In this document: positions 36,480 to 46,695 of the stretch, piece by piece
Layout: every line of letters starts with the position of its first letter
Numbering within the stretch: position 1 is the stretch's first letter
Origin: a virus
IMG/VR virus record: IMGVR_UViG_3300028388_004281
Span: 4,204 to 68,203 of that record
Strand: one strand, 5' to 3'
Length of the DNA: 64,000 bases
Notes under the pieces: generated by a model
The model's database searches: none
The model's input: only the letters and a program-made list of their open reading frames with translations
What the model was told of the DNA's origin: nothing
Program-made: the position numbers and the translations under genes

Positions 36480-37736
36480 TTACACGGGGTCGCCTAGGTC
36501 GATGCCGCCTAGGCACGGGCTGTCGGTCAGTACCGGTATGCCGTCCTCGTCCTTGGAGTACTCCAACGCTAGAGCGTCCGTCGTCATGCGCTTGTTGGAA
36601 ACGAAGAGGCCCCAAGCTTTGATGAGGATCGCGATGCGTTCGGCCATGCTGCCACCGTCCTCCTGTATCATGGCGGACAGTGCCTGTCGTACCGGATCGA
36701 ACTTGACATCACCTGCTGCCAGTAGCACGAAGAACTCGCAGGCCTTGTCCCAGTACTTGAAGTCTACCAGCTGTTCACTAGGCTGCGCCGTTACGCTGTA
36801 CTCGCCGTCCTCGCCCGTACCGGATGCCGCCATCAGGTACAGTAGTCCGGAGGAGTAGCCAGGCGATAGATACTTGCCGACCGTATTGGTAGTACCGTTC
36901 TCCTCGTAGATGTGCCGCACCGCATCCAGCAGCTTGGTGTGGCGGGACAGGAAGTCAAGCGCCTCCGCGTGCGTGCGCCTAGGAGCGTACGCGTCGGAGC
37001 CTGCGCCTGTACGTGCCCACGTGATACGTATGGCATGGTCTAGCATCCGTGCCAGCCGTTGACGGTCTCTGCGGTCTACCGTCTTGAAGTACTCGCTGCG
37101 AAAGATTACGTCGGCTAGAGTACGAGGACGACCTGTGTCAATAGTGTTGACTACTGCGTCGGTCTCGTCGATACCGAAGACTACCAGCTTGTCGATGGTA
37201 GGCTCGGTCTTCCAGTTGTCCCATTGCCCCTGCTTGGCCGTCCACTCCAGGGCGGCGAGGGCCAGGGCGATGAGCGTGTGCTGGCCATTGAGGATAAGGC
37301 CGGTACGGCCGATGATGATCGGCTCGCCGTTCAGCTGCCAGTTACCTCGCAGGATCTCCTGCCGAAGTACCATGACGGTACCTAATGACAGGTGTCGGTT
37401 ACTGATGTTGTTGTTACAGCGTACCTTGACTCCTTGCTGGTCCTTGGCAGCTGGTAACCGTAGGTGGAACTCGGTGCCGAACTTGACGTTCTCCGACTCC
37501 TCCTGCCATCCTAGCAGCTCCTTGGCCTTGTCGGCGGTCAGGGGCGTTGCCAGCTGCGTGCGTAGTCTGTCGTATAATACCTCGCGTTTCGGGGTTGCCA
37601 GCTCCTTCTTCTGGGACTTAGGTTTCTTGGTGGTTGACGTCCTGTCCGACCGAGACGGGGCGGACGCGGTGCCTTGGGACTTCGTACTCTTGCTGCTGGG
37701 GGTCTTCCTCCTGGGGGTCTTCGTAGCTGTTACCAT
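36480..37736 (-). CDS. ParB/Srx-like N-terminal domain protein with basic disordered tail
   Basis: NR.L, G.W.LNGEPI, NGQHTL.A, IDTGRPRTL.D. Confidence 0.7.
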   Translation of the reverse strand: MVTATKTPRRKTPSSKSTKSQGTASAPSRSDRTSTTKKPKSQKKELATPKREVLYDRLRTQLATPLTADKAKELLGWQEESENVKFGTEFHLRLPAAKDQQGVKVRCNNNISNRHLSLGTVMVLRQEILRGNWQLNGEPIIIGRTGLILNGQHTLIALALAALEWTAKQGQWDNWKTEPTIDKLVVFGIDETDAVVNTIDTGRPRTLADVIFRSEYFKTVDRRDRQRLARMLDHAIRITWARTGAGSDAYAPRRTHAEALDFLSRHTKLLDAVRHIYEENGTTNTVGKYLSPGYSSGLLYLMAASGTGEDGEYSVTAQPSEQLVDFKYWDKACEFFVLLAAGDVKFDPVRQALSAMIQEDGGSMAERIAILIKAWGLFVSNKRMTTDALALEYSKDEDGIPVLTDSPCLGGIDLGDPV

Positions 37737-37820
37737 TCCGTAGCTCCTTGATGTACTGGTGGTAGAAATACTCCGGCCTCTCTTCCGCCAGCTTGCGTAG
37801 CTGGCTTAGCCTATTGCGTT

Positions 37821-38018
37821 TCATACGATCCTTCCTACCGTCACTGGCACAGCGTCTGTGACGGGCTCTAGAGTAGTACGTATGTCCCTGCGGCTGTATG
37901 CCGCAACTACCTCCCGTGCATGATCATTGTCATGCTTGCCGTACGGCACGCCGTCCACGTCACCGTACTCACTCCTGTCGACCCCTAACAATGCAGCGGT
38001 TTCAATCACTCTCACCAC
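37821..38018 (-). CDS. Hypothetical protein
   Basis: AAGGAG upstream. Confidence 0.45.
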   Translation of the reverse strand: MVRVIETAALLGVDRSEYGDVDGVPYGKHDNDHAREVVAAYSRRDIRTTLEPVTDAVPVTVGRIV

Positions 38019-38291
38019 GTCCTTAACTCCTTGTCGTGAGGGTACTAAAACGAAAACGGCACACGCTAGTAATATAACGTATGCCTAGGTCACGTAATAG
38101 CCTACTACCTAATAGTACAGTAGTACTACTTAGGAGTAGACCGTGCCTTATACGTTAGTATAATGGTTTTTGACCCCTAAGTAAATAGGGGGGTAGAGGG
38201 GTAAATTTCGGCGGTTTTCGGGGGCGGCCTACGCGGCGAGTATAGTATTACTAACGGCCCATGCAGGGCCTCTAGAAAGCGAAGGTGCGAC

Positions 38292-38501
38292 ATGCCGAGA
38301 CCAAGTATCTACCCGTGGGATAAGTGGCTGCAGATGGGCAACCGTCTGAGGATCGTGCGTGGTAAGGATTACAACTGCCAGCCGTACGCCATGACGATCC
38401 GTCTGAGACAGGAGGCGTCGAAGCGTAACCGACGCGTGTCTCTAAATATAGTTGGTGATATTATTACTGCTACTGTATTGAAGAAGAGGAGCAACTCGTG
38501 A
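38292..38501 (+). CDS. Small basic putative DNA-binding protein
   Basis: MPRPSIYPWDKW; first gene of rightward operon. Confidence 0.6.
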   Translation: MPRPSIYPWDKWLQMGNRLRIVRGKDYNCQPYAMTIRLRQEASKRNRRVSLNIVGDIITATVLKKRSNS

Positions 38502-38962
38502 TAAGAATTCAAGGGGACCTATTCATCGGCATCGACCCTGGCAAGTCTGGAGGCGTGGGTTTCATCTTCGACAGATCCGCCGTGGCCACGCCGATGCCAA
38601 CCACGGAGCGGGATATATACGGACTACTTGCCAACATGCAGTCCAGCCACGCGCCCAGGGCCATTATTGAGAAGGTCCATTCCATGCCGAAGCAAGGTGT
38701 AGTCAGCTCGTTCACGTTCGGCCGGAACTATGGGTTTCTGCGCGGATGCCTGGTGGCGTTGAATATCTCGTTCAGAGAAGTGCCGCCGCAGGCATGGCAG
38801 CGGTATCTGGAGATACCGAAGCGCAAGAAAGACGAGACGCAGCCGCAGTTCAAGAGGCGGCTCGTGGTAGTAGCTCAACAAATGTTTCCGCACTTGAAGT
38901 TGACTCAGAAGACGGCGGACGCAGTATTGATAGCAGAGTACTGTAGGAGATGCGGCGGATGA
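38498..38962 (+). CDS. RuvC-like Holliday junction resolvase
   Basis: IGIDPGKSGG, IIEKV, SSFTFG..YG, ADAVLIAEY. Confidence 0.88.
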   Translation: MIRIQGDLFIGIDPGKSGGVGFIFDRSAVATPMPTTERDIYGLLANMQSSHAPRAIIEKVHSMPKQGVVSSFTFGRNYGFLRGCLVALNISFREVPPQAWQRYLEIPKRKKDETQPQFKRRLVVVAQQMFPHLKLTQKTADAVLIAEYCRRCGG

Positions 38963-39489
38963 GGTACAAAGACCACAGAGAGCAGTGGACCAAGTGTCGA
39001 AAGTGTAATTTATGGAAGACTAGAACCTCCGTAGTACTGGCCCGTGGCAAGCTACCGTGTGACGTGTTGTTCGTAGGGGAGGCGCCTGGAGCCAGCGAGG
39101 ACGTGCTGGGTAGACCATTCGTCGGTCCGGCCGGCAAGCTGCTGGACCGTGTCATACAACAGTCGTTGCCTGAGCAGGTAAGATACTGCATCACGAACCT
39201 CGTGGCGTGCATACCGGTAGATGACGATGGGCAGAAGACCATCGAGCCACCGGACTACGCCATACGTGCCTGCAACCTACGGCTGCTGGAAATAGTAGAC
39301 ATGGCGCATGCTAAACTACTGGTGGCGGTAGGCAAGTGCGCCGCGAAGCACCTGAGAGGTGTGAATGGGCCGCTAGTGGAGGTCATACACCCTGCTGCAA
39401 TACTGCGAATGGATGCCAGCCAGCAAGGTCTGGCCTACCAGCGTACACTGGTAGCATTGGACGACGCCGTGGAGGAGTACCTGTCATGA
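38950..39489 (+). CDS. Uracil-DNA glycosylase family 4
   Basis: CRKC.L, GEAPG, PFVGPAG, N.V.C, HPA. Confidence 0.9.
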   Translation: MRRMRYKDHREQWTKCRKCNLWKTRTSVVLARGKLPCDVLFVGEAPGASEDVLGRPFVGPAGKLLDRVIQQSLPEQVRYCITNLVACIPVDDDGQKTIEPPDYAIRACNLRLLEIVDMAHAKLLVAVGKCAAKHLRGVNGPLVEVIHPAAILRMDASQQGLAYQRTLVALDDAVEEYLS

Positions 39490-39857
39490 CACGCGTAAAC
39501 GTCGGCATACTGCCTAGAGAGCTGCCGGATCGTTTGTTGCTGGCCGAAGTGCACGAGATACTGCGTATACCTCGTCGGGTACGGCAGATAGCCAAGGCTC
39601 ACAAGCGCATTATGCTGCCGCCGCGGTTCAAGCTAGGAGCAGGGCACGTGTCGTTCTTCTACGGCAGGCTGGGTTATCTTCGTAGGCGTTATAATACGTT
39701 AGTAGTTGAATGCCATGCTAGGGGGTTCAAGGTACGGGATAGCTCGGAGGAGTTCGAGGGGTTGCCTACGGCGTACATGAGGGACTACCACGAGACACCG
39801 CGTGATCGGAAGATAATAAAGGAGAGGATACAGTCGAAGGGTTTCAAGTTGCGATAG
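39486..39857 (+). CDS. denV: Pyrimidine-dimer DNA glycosylase (T4 endonuclease V-like)
   Basis: MTRVN, L.AE..EI.R, F.LG.GHV.FFY, E...RGF. Confidence 0.9.
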   Translation: MTRVNVGILPRELPDRLLLAEVHEILRIPRRVRQIAKAHKRIMLPPRFKLGAGHVSFFYGRLGYLRRRYNTLVVECHARGFKVRDSSEEFEGLPTAYMRDYHETPRDRKIIKERIQSKGFKLR

Positions 39858-39918
39858 TTTCTAGAATAGAGAGCAGTTGGGCATACGGTACAACTGCTTA
39901 GTGGTGGTGGAGGCAACA

Positions 39919-40563
39919 ATGCCAGGAATAGGTAGCTATAAGCAGCATCTACCTAAGAGTTTAGACAGAGTCAGTTCCCGGCTCTACATGTCTCTCCTAC
40001 CATTATCTAGGAGGTCACCGCGAAAAAGGTGCATACACTGTGGAAGAATGATATCTTTAGTGAATTATGGTAAACAGAGGCATGTTCCGCCTGAGTATCG
40101 TAGTTCCAATTACCCGATCGGCGAACAGTCAAGGTGTGATGACTGCTACTATGAGAGTTGGTCACAACCTATCGGGTGGAGATACTATGAGAGATGCTAT
40201 TTCAGCGATGGAAGATACTCTTGTGTAGTATGCCGGTCAATGTGCAATACAGAATACAAATTGGACTCGCATGTGGGTAGAGTACTACCGAATCGTTTAC
40301 GTAGAAGATATCCACAACTAGTGATCAAAAGGGCTATTAGGTACAGCATAGGATTGAGCAATCCATGCTGTATGAGGAGTCCGTGTGTTCGAGTACTACG
40401 TAACCTATATCTCAGGAGGTTATCCCCATGTCTAGAAAGAGAAGCAGCAATTCTGAAAACGCAACAAGCCCAGTTGGTACTGATACGGATCAGAAGGAAA
40501 TTAAGCAATGCACGAGAAGTGCCGCAGTATCTGCTCAAGGAATTAAGAACGGCTGTGACCTAG
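39919..40563 (+). CDS. Hypothetical Cys-rich protein (AT-rich insert)
   Basis: CIHCG, CDDC, CVVC; overlaps next ORF; start uncertain. Confidence 0.45.
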   Translation: MPGIGSYKQHLPKSLDRVSSRLYMSLLPLSRRSPRKRCIHCGRMISLVNYGKQRHVPPEYRSSNYPIGEQSRCDDCYYESWSQPIGWRYYERCYFSDGRYSCVVCRSMCNTEYKLDSHVGRVLPNRLRRRYPQLVIKRAIRYSIGLSNPCCMRSPCVRVLRNLYLRRLSPCLEREAAILKTQQAQLVLIRIRRKLSNAREVPQYLLKELRTAVT

Positions 40564-40733
40564 GACAGTTCTTACTTGCGGTCATGACGGATCTTGTACA
40601 CGGAGATATGACTCCACAAGTAGGAAATGCAGTAACGAATGCCGCTGGTAGAGTTCTGAAGCTGACGGAGCTGCAACTAAAATACGGTCGAATCAGTCAA
40701 GGACCGGACCCTGGATTCAAGCTGTTAGACTAG
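40428..40733 (+). CDS. Hypothetical protein
   Basis: AGGAGG RBS. Confidence 0.6.
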   Translation: MSRKRSSNSENATSPVGTDTDQKEIKQCTRSAAVSAQGIKNGCDLGQFLLAVMTDLVHGDMTPQVGNAVTNAAGRVLKLTELQLKYGRISQGPDPGFKLLD

Positions 40734-40753
40734 CTTTCCATAAATTAGGAGCG

Positions 40754-41821
40754 ATGGTGATGGCAAAGAAACAGAAGAGAGAACCGTTGTGGAAGGGGCC
40801 GGAGAAGGACGGCGTGACGCAGTCGCTGCTCAGCAGGTTCCTGGTGTGCAGGGAGAGGTTCAGGGTGCTAGTGGTGGAGGGCCTGCGACCGGCCGACGAC
40901 TTCAACCATAGGCTGGAGTTCGGCAGCATGTGGCATATCTGCGAGGAGAACTCCGAGGGGAACTGGGAGTCTGAGCTGAGAGAGTACTGTCAGCGGTTGT
41001 GTGCCACGTATCCGCTGCGGCAGTCGGAGGTGGTGAAGTGGTACGAGGTGTGTAAGCGACAGTTTCCTATCTACCGTGCATACTGGCGTGCGCATAGACA
41101 GAATGAGAAGGCCACGCCAATCTACGAGGAGGAGACATTCGGTGAAACGTACGAGGTGCCAAGCGGTGGCAAGGTACTACTGCGTGGCAAGTGGGACGGC
41201 GTGTTCCAAGTGGGCCGCAAGGTCATGCTGCAGGAGAACAAGACCAAGGGGGACATCGACGAGCAGTCGGTGCAGAACCAGCTGCGGTTCGACCTGCAGA
41301 CGATGTTCTACCTAGTGGCTCTGAAGTTGAGGATGAATCGCGACAAGTCGCTGCAACGTACGGTAGGCAAGGGAGCCAAGATAGCTGGCGTACGATACAA
41401 CGTGGTACGTAGGCCACTGTCAGGCGGCAAGGGCAGTATCAGACCGTACAAGGCTACCAAGACGAAACCTGCCGAGACGGATCAGCAATACTACGACCGA
41501 CTGGCCGGTATAATACGAGAGGAGCCCGAGTACTACTTCATGCGATGGGACTCCGTAGTGACGGCGGCGGACGTGGAGAGGTTCGAGCGGCAGTTTCTGA
41601 GTCCTATACTGGAGCAGCTGCTGGATTGGTGGGACTGTGTGAGCGGGGGCGAGCCGAACTTCGGTATCCACTGGCGCTTTCCGTATGGAGTGTACAGTCC
41701 CATGATGAACGGTCGTATGAGTGAGGTGGATGAGTACCTAGACAGTGGGAGTATGCTGGGATTGGATCGGGTCAATACTTTGTTCAGGGAGCTGGAAGAT
41801 GCCGACAGTGAGAAAGGTTAG
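40754..41821 (+). CDS. PD-(D/E)XK exonuclease (RecB/Cas4-like)
   Basis: QS.L..F..C, FGS.WH, GKWD, ENKT, Q..FY. Confidence 0.85.
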   Translation: MVMAKKQKREPLWKGPEKDGVTQSLLSRFLVCRERFRVLVVEGLRPADDFNHRLEFGSMWHICEENSEGNWESELREYCQRLCATYPLRQSEVVKWYEVCKRQFPIYRAYWRAHRQNEKATPIYEEETFGETYEVPSGGKVLLRGKWDGVFQVGRKVMLQENKTKGDIDEQSVQNQLRFDLQTMFYLVALKLRMNRDKSLQRTVGKGAKIAGVRYNVVRRPLSGGKGSIRPYKATKTKPAETDQQYYDRLAGIIREEPEYYFMRWDSVVTAADVERFERQFLSPILEQLLDWWDCVSGGEPNFGIHWRFPYGVYSPMMNGRMSEVDEYLDSGSMLGLDRVNTLFRELEDADSEKG

Positions 41822-42635
41822 TGCCAAGCCTCGTGCGAAGCGACGAGGCGCTGGAGTACTTGGAAGGATCGGGCCGATCTCGGAGCGCAATACGTCGAAC
41901 ATTGCCATTAATGTATATGGACGCAGTGGCAGCGGCAAGACGACGTTTGCATGTACGTTTCCCAAACCGCTGCTGCTGATCGGGACGGAGGACGGCACGC
42001 AGAGCGTACACAACGTGAAGGGCGTGGAGTTCGTACGGCTGCAGGAGTCCTCCGAGATAAGGGAGGTCATAGAGGCCCAGCAGGCCGAGAGGCGCTGGCG
42101 CACCGTAGTACTGGATACAGCCAGCATGCTACAGGACATGGTGTTGAAGGAGATACTCGGGATAGACGAGCTGCCTGCCCAGAAATCCTTCGGAATGGCT
42201 AGCCGAGAGAATTGGGGACAGTGTGCGTTGCAGACGAAGGAGATACTGCGGGCCGTTATAGGTCTTAGAGTAAAGGCGGACTGCAGCGTAGTCGTACTGG
42301 CGCAGGAAAGGGAGTTCGATACGGACAGTGAGAGCGATCTGATTATGCCGTATGTAGGTAGTGCTCTTAGTCCGTCTGTCACGGGGTGGCTGAATCCTGC
42401 ATGCGATTATATCGTGCAAACGTTCATTCGGCGTGTGATGGTCGAGAAGACGGTGAAGATGGGCGGCAAGACCGTGAAGAAAAGACAGCCGGGCAAGGGG
42501 GTAGAATACTGTATAAGGACGGGACCGGACGCCGTGTACACTACGAAGTTCCGTGTGCCGAAAGGCACGCCACTTCCAGAGGATATCGTGGACCCTGACT
42601 ATAGGAAGGTGCTGGAGTTAATCAAGGGAGCATAG
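41799..42635 (+). CDS. AAA_24 (Sak4-like) ATPase/recombinase
   Basis: YGRSGSGKTT, VVLDT. Confidence 0.85.
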   Translation: MPTVRKVSAKPRAKRRGAGVLGRIGPISERNTSNIAINVYGRSGSGKTTFACTFPKPLLLIGTEDGTQSVHNVKGVEFVRLQESSEIREVIEAQQAERRWRTVVLDTASMLQDMVLKEILGIDELPAQKSFGMASRENWGQCALQTKEILRAVIGLRVKADCSVVVLAQEREFDTDSESDLIMPYVGSALSPSVTGWLNPACDYIVQTFIRRVMVEKTVKMGGKTVKKRQPGKGVEYCIRTGPDAVYTTKFRVPKGTPLPEDIVDPDYRKVLELIKGA

Positions 42636-42636
42636 G

Positions 42637-42837
42637 ATGCTAGTACTGTCTAGGAAGAGGAACGAGGAGCTGGTCATAGACGGCAATATCAGGTTGATTG
42701 TCGTAGAGATTCGAGGGGATCGCGTGCGACTGGGTATTGATGCGCCTAAGGACGTGATTGTTATGCGGAAGGAGGTGTTGCAGGCTATACAGAGAAGTGT
42801 AGACGTCGGAGGTACTGTTGATGATAGCGTTCAATAG
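42637..42837 (+). CDS. csrA: Carbon storage regulator (CsrA/RsmA) RNA-binding protein
   Basis: MLVLSRK..E...I...I...VVEIRGDRVRLGIDAP.DV...RKE. Confidence 0.93.
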   Translation: MLVLSRKRNEELVIDGNIRLIVVEIRGDRVRLGIDAPKDVIVMRKEVLQAIQRSVDVGGTVDDSVQ

Positions 42838-42847
42838 GAGCAATGCA

Positions 42848-43843
42848 ATGGCAAGAAGGGTTTCCAAGAGCAGCCTGTTCGGTAAGTATGCGGACAGGGT
42901 TCGCAAGGCCACGATAGAGCATCGTACGGATGAGACTAACTTCGGAAGCGGCGGTGATCTACCGGCTGGGATTGAAGGAGGCGTAGCGCAGCTGGTAGAC
43001 TGCAAGTTTGATACGTATAAGAGGGGAGACAATACGGGCGAGACGTATTTCTACGCGGCTGGGATTGTCAAGGAGCCGAAGGTCCACGATGGGATGCGGG
43101 TAGAGGGACTGCGCACGTCTATTATGGAGCCAATCTGCGATACACCGAACCGCTCGCGTGCCACGGTTGAAGAGCACGTGGAGCACGTACTGAACGAGCT
43201 GCGCAAGCTAGGTGTAGACTCCTCGGAGCTGGACCACGAGGACTACGAGGCAGTATGCGAGTCGCTGAAGGAGGAGAAGCCCCACTTCAGGTTTCGCACA
43301 TGGAGAGGGGACCCGACACCACAGTATCCGAATCCTCGTACGAACGAGCAATGGAAGGGGTCGTGCGAATACGTGGAAGACGGTGATGTGGAGGACCTCG
43401 TCGACGAGACTGAGGAGTATGAGGAGCCGGAGGAAGAGGAGGAGCCAGAGGAGAGCGAGGCTGCGGAACTCGATGGTAAAGCGGCGGACGCAGGGGACGA
43501 TGAAGCGATTGCCGCTATCCAGGAAGCTGCCACTGCCGCTGGTATTGACACGGACGAGTATGAGACCTGGACCGAAGTAGTCGAGACTCTGGATGGTTCC
43601 GAGGAACCACAGGAGGAGGCCGAAGAAGAAGAGGAGGAGACTGAAGAGGAGGAGACCGAAGAGGAGGACGACTGGGAACCGGAGAAGGGGGAGGTCTACC
43701 TGTTCAAGCCGCCTAGATCACGTAAGGCAGTGGAGGTTGAAGTGACGGCGGTGTTCAAGTCCAAGCGTACGGCCAACGTCAAAGCGTTGGACGACGGCCG
43801 CGTGTTCAAGTCAGTCTCCTGGGATGCGCTATCTGCTGATTAG
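42848..43843 (+). CDS. Putative ssDNA-binding protein with very acidic linker
   Basis: Follows exonuclease and Sak4; OB-like N-terminus; Glu-rich tract. Confidence 0.6.
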   Translation: MARRVSKSSLFGKYADRVRKATIEHRTDETNFGSGGDLPAGIEGGVAQLVDCKFDTYKRGDNTGETYFYAAGIVKEPKVHDGMRVEGLRTSIMEPICDTPNRSRATVEEHVEHVLNELRKLGVDSSELDHEDYEAVCESLKEEKPHFRFRTWRGDPTPQYPNPRTNEQWKGSCEYVEDGDVEDLVDETEEYEEPEEEEEPEESEAAELDGKAADAGDDEAIAAIQEAATAAGIDTDEYETWTEVVETLDGSEEPQEEAEEEEEETEEEETEEEDDWEPEKGEVYLFKPPRSRKAVEVEVTAVFKSKRTANVKALDDGRVFKSVSWDALSAD

Positions 43844-43948
43844 TACACGTGAGCGGTGGATTGTTTTGTCAGCGCAGTCTACTGCTCTGGGACGGGCGGG
43901 GTAATGGATTGGGACGCCCGTCCGTCCCTCTTCCTTAGAGGTACTGTT

Positions 43949-44068
43949 ATGAATCGTAAGAGACGACCACTACGTCGTAGATGCAAGGCCTGCGGAGGCA
44001 CCGGCGTAAGTAGTCGTAAGGGACGATGCGTGCCGTGCAACGGGACCGGATGGATCAAGCCTAAGTGA
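43949..44068 (+). CDS. Tiny DnaJ-type zinc-finger protein
   Basis: CKACGGTG...CVPCNGTG. Confidence 0.55.
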   Translation: MNRKRRPLRRRCKACGGTGVSSRKGRCVPCNGTGWIKPK

Positions 44069-44643
44069 CGCTGAGACTACCAAGGATGCGATACCGCAGA
44101 TGGCGGCGGAGACCGGAGGTCTTGCTGTGTCCCAACATACCCAAGCCGATGCACGGGCTGGCACCTCGGGTGATACTGGGCAATAGCTGGTGGAATAAGA
44201 CACGGCGCGAGGCGTACAATAGCACTAATCGTCGCTGTGTAGCGTGTGGTGTGCATAAGTATCGGGCCAAGTCTAGGAAGTGGCTTGAAGGCCACGAGCT
44301 GTATCATACGGATTATCGGCTGGGACGGCTTACGTATCTGGAGACGGTACCGCTGTGCCACTTCTGTCACAACTACATCCACGACGGTAGGTTGCAGATG
44401 CTGTTGGAACAGGGTCTGGTACACCATCAGAAGTATGCTGCAATTATACAGCACGGAAATCGGGTGCTAGCGGAGGCCGGTATGCAGAGGCAGACTAGAA
44501 TGCAGCGGGAGGAGTATGTAGCCAGATTGTCGGTGATAGGAGAGCTAGCGGAGTGGAGCGAGTGGCGTCTGGTACTGTTCGGGAAGGAGTACCCGCCGTT
44601 GTATGCGAACGAGAATGAATGGAGACTTGCGCATGGCAGGTAG
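44065..44643 (+). CDS. HNH-like endonuclease family protein
   Basis: CVACG, LEGHE, LCHFCHNYIH. Confidence 0.7.
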   Translation: MTLRLPRMRYRRWRRRPEVLLCPNIPKPMHGLAPRVILGNSWWNKTRREAYNSTNRRCVACGVHKYRAKSRKWLEGHELYHTDYRLGRLTYLETVPLCHFCHNYIHDGRLQMLLEQGLVHHQKYAAIIQHGNRVLAEAGMQRQTRMQREEYVARLSVIGELAEWSEWRLVLFGKEYPPLYANENEWRLAHGR

Positions 44644-46645
44644 AATCGGCCTCGATACCGAGACCACCGGACTGGATATATCCCACGGAGCCAGGCCGTA
44701 CTTCGTAGGGGTATCGTACCGTGAGGGCAACGAGTTCATGACCATGTCGTGGTCGTGGAAGGTCGATCCGGTAACCCGACGGGTCCTGTACGATACGAAC
44801 GAGATGGAGGAGGTCCAGGATCTCCTCGATAGCGTGGACGAGATAGTGATACACAATGCGAAGTTCGACTTCCGGGCCCTGGACGCGGCGTTCAGGGACG
44901 TAGGGATGAATCTTCGGTGGGACTGGTCGAAGGTAAGGGATTCCCTAATTGCGAGCCATCTAGTTAATAGCATTCCCCCGCATAACCTGGCGACAATGTC
45001 TCTCGTGTATCTAGGTCTGGACACGGACAGGTTCGACAAGGACCTGAAGTCGGCATGCATGAAGGCCCGGAGGATCGCATCCAGGAAAGGGTGGAGGGTA
45101 TCGGGACCGGATCAGCCTGACATGCCAAGTGTCAAGGGTGAGGCATGGAAGATGGACGGATGGATCCCTGGTCAGCTGGCGGTCGAGGAGGGATATCCAC
45201 CCGATCATGAATGGATGACCGTGCTTGAAAGGTACTGCGAGGCCGATACCATCTCGTGCCTGGAACTCTACAGGGTATTGTCCGAGTCGATTGGTAGGAA
45301 CGGGCTTCGATCGATATACGACGAGAGAATGAAGGTCGTCCCGATAGTCGCCGGGATGGAGACCAACGGAGTATCCATAAGTCGGAGGAGACTGGAAAGG
45401 CAGCTCAATGAGTATAGGAAACAGTCGGAGGAACTGGGGGCCGTATGCACCGGAATAGCATCGGACAGGTACAGGTACGACCTGACCCTACCCAAGAGCG
45501 GCAATAACAAGTCACTACTGTCATTTATATTCGATACGATGGAACTCCCTGTGGTGAAGAAGTCCGGTAAGACCGGAGTACCGTCACTGGATCAGTCGGT
45601 CGTCGGGGAGTACCTGGCTACGCTACCGGAGGAGTCGGACGGATTCAGGTTCATGAGGTCACTGTCCGAGAAGAGGAGACGCGATACCGGGATATCATAC
45701 ATGGAGGGGTACAGAAGGTTCTGGATACCGCTAGACGGATCCGATGAGTGGTATACCCTCCATCCGTCACTGAACCCGACCGGGACCGGTACACTACGAT
45801 GGTCATCGTCGAACCCGAACGAGCAGAACATAAGCAAGAAGGAAGGGTTCAACCTACGCTACTGCTTCGGGCCGGCTCCGGGTCGTGAGTGGTGGTCCCT
45901 AGACTACAAGAACCTGGAGCTGAGGATACCGGCGTTCGAGTCCGACGAGACTGATCTGATCCATGTCTTCGAGCATCCGGATGATCCGCCGTACTTCGGG
46001 AGCTACCACCTGGTAGTAGCGGATCTGCTGTACCCGAGGGAGTTCCGTAGGTACGGGACAAGGTTCAAGGACAAGTTCATATCGACGAAGTACAAGTGGA
46101 TCAAGAACGGGAACTTCGCAGTAATCTACGGAGCGCAGAGGGAGACGGCCGACAGGGCGTACCATATTGACGGAGCGTACGATGCAATACGGAGTAGGTT
46201 CCCCAGGATAGCGGAGCTGAACGACAGGATGATATCGATGGCCGGAAGGACCGGGTACGTGGAAACGATTCCGGATCGATCGATTACCGACTCAGGCAAG
46301 GGATATCCGATAAGATGCCCTAGAGGGTATCGGGGACTGGTATCGCCTACGGTTCCGTTGAACTACCATGTCCAGTCGACTGCCATGTGGATAACGATGA
46401 AGGCCATGATTCGGTGCCAGGGATACCTGGATTCGATCGGGAGTAGGAACGAATACAGGATGGTCATGCAGGTCCACGATGAACTGGTATTCGACTTCCC
46501 GAGGAGGAGCGGAAGGGGTAACCTGCCGAAGGTCAGAAGGCTGGCCCGACTGATGGCCCTGGGAGGGGACGACGTGGGTATCCCGACGCCGGTAAGTATC
46601 GAGTACCATCCGAACGACTGGAGTACCGGGGAGTCGGTACATTAG
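44633..46645 (+). CDS. DNA polymerase family A with 3'-5' exonuclease
   Basis: DTETTG, HNAKFD, TLRWSSSNPN.QN, DYKNLELR, KNGNFAVIYG, QVHDEL. Confidence 0.95.
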   Translation: MAGRIGLDTETTGLDISHGARPYFVGVSYREGNEFMTMSWSWKVDPVTRRVLYDTNEMEEVQDLLDSVDEIVIHNAKFDFRALDAAFRDVGMNLRWDWSKVRDSLIASHLVNSIPPHNLATMSLVYLGLDTDRFDKDLKSACMKARRIASRKGWRVSGPDQPDMPSVKGEAWKMDGWIPGQLAVEEGYPPDHEWMTVLERYCEADTISCLELYRVLSESIGRNGLRSIYDERMKVVPIVAGMETNGVSISRRRLERQLNEYRKQSEELGAVCTGIASDRYRYDLTLPKSGNNKSLLSFIFDTMELPVVKKSGKTGVPSLDQSVVGEYLATLPEESDGFRFMRSLSEKRRRDTGISYMEGYRRFWIPLDGSDEWYTLHPSLNPTGTGTLRWSSSNPNEQNISKKEGFNLRYCFGPAPGREWWSLDYKNLELRIPAFESDETDLIHVFEHPDDPPYFGSYHLVVADLLYPREFRRYGTRFKDKFISTKYKWIKNGNFAVIYGAQRETADRAYHIDGAYDAIRSRFPRIAELNDRMISMAGRTGYVETIPDRSITDSGKGYPIRCPRGYRGLVSPTVPLNYHVQSTAMWITMKAMIRCQGYLDSIGSRNEYRMVMQVHDELVFDFPRRSGRGNLPKVRRLARLMALGGDDVGIPTPVSIEYHPNDWSTGESVH

Positions 46646-46668
46646 AAAAGGCCGGGACGGCCCGGCCT
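46646..46668 (-). terminator. Terminator for the antisense histone-like gene
   Basis: AGGCCGGG-acgg-CCCGGCCT plus T run on the - strand. Confidence 0.65.
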
Positions 46669-46695
46669 GATATGGGGATTCGATCGATGGAAGTA

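Noticed and set aside
40754-41821. Cas4 as part of a CRISPR system
   Set aside because: Context with Sak4-like ATPase and SSB indicates an ordinary phage recombination exonuclease
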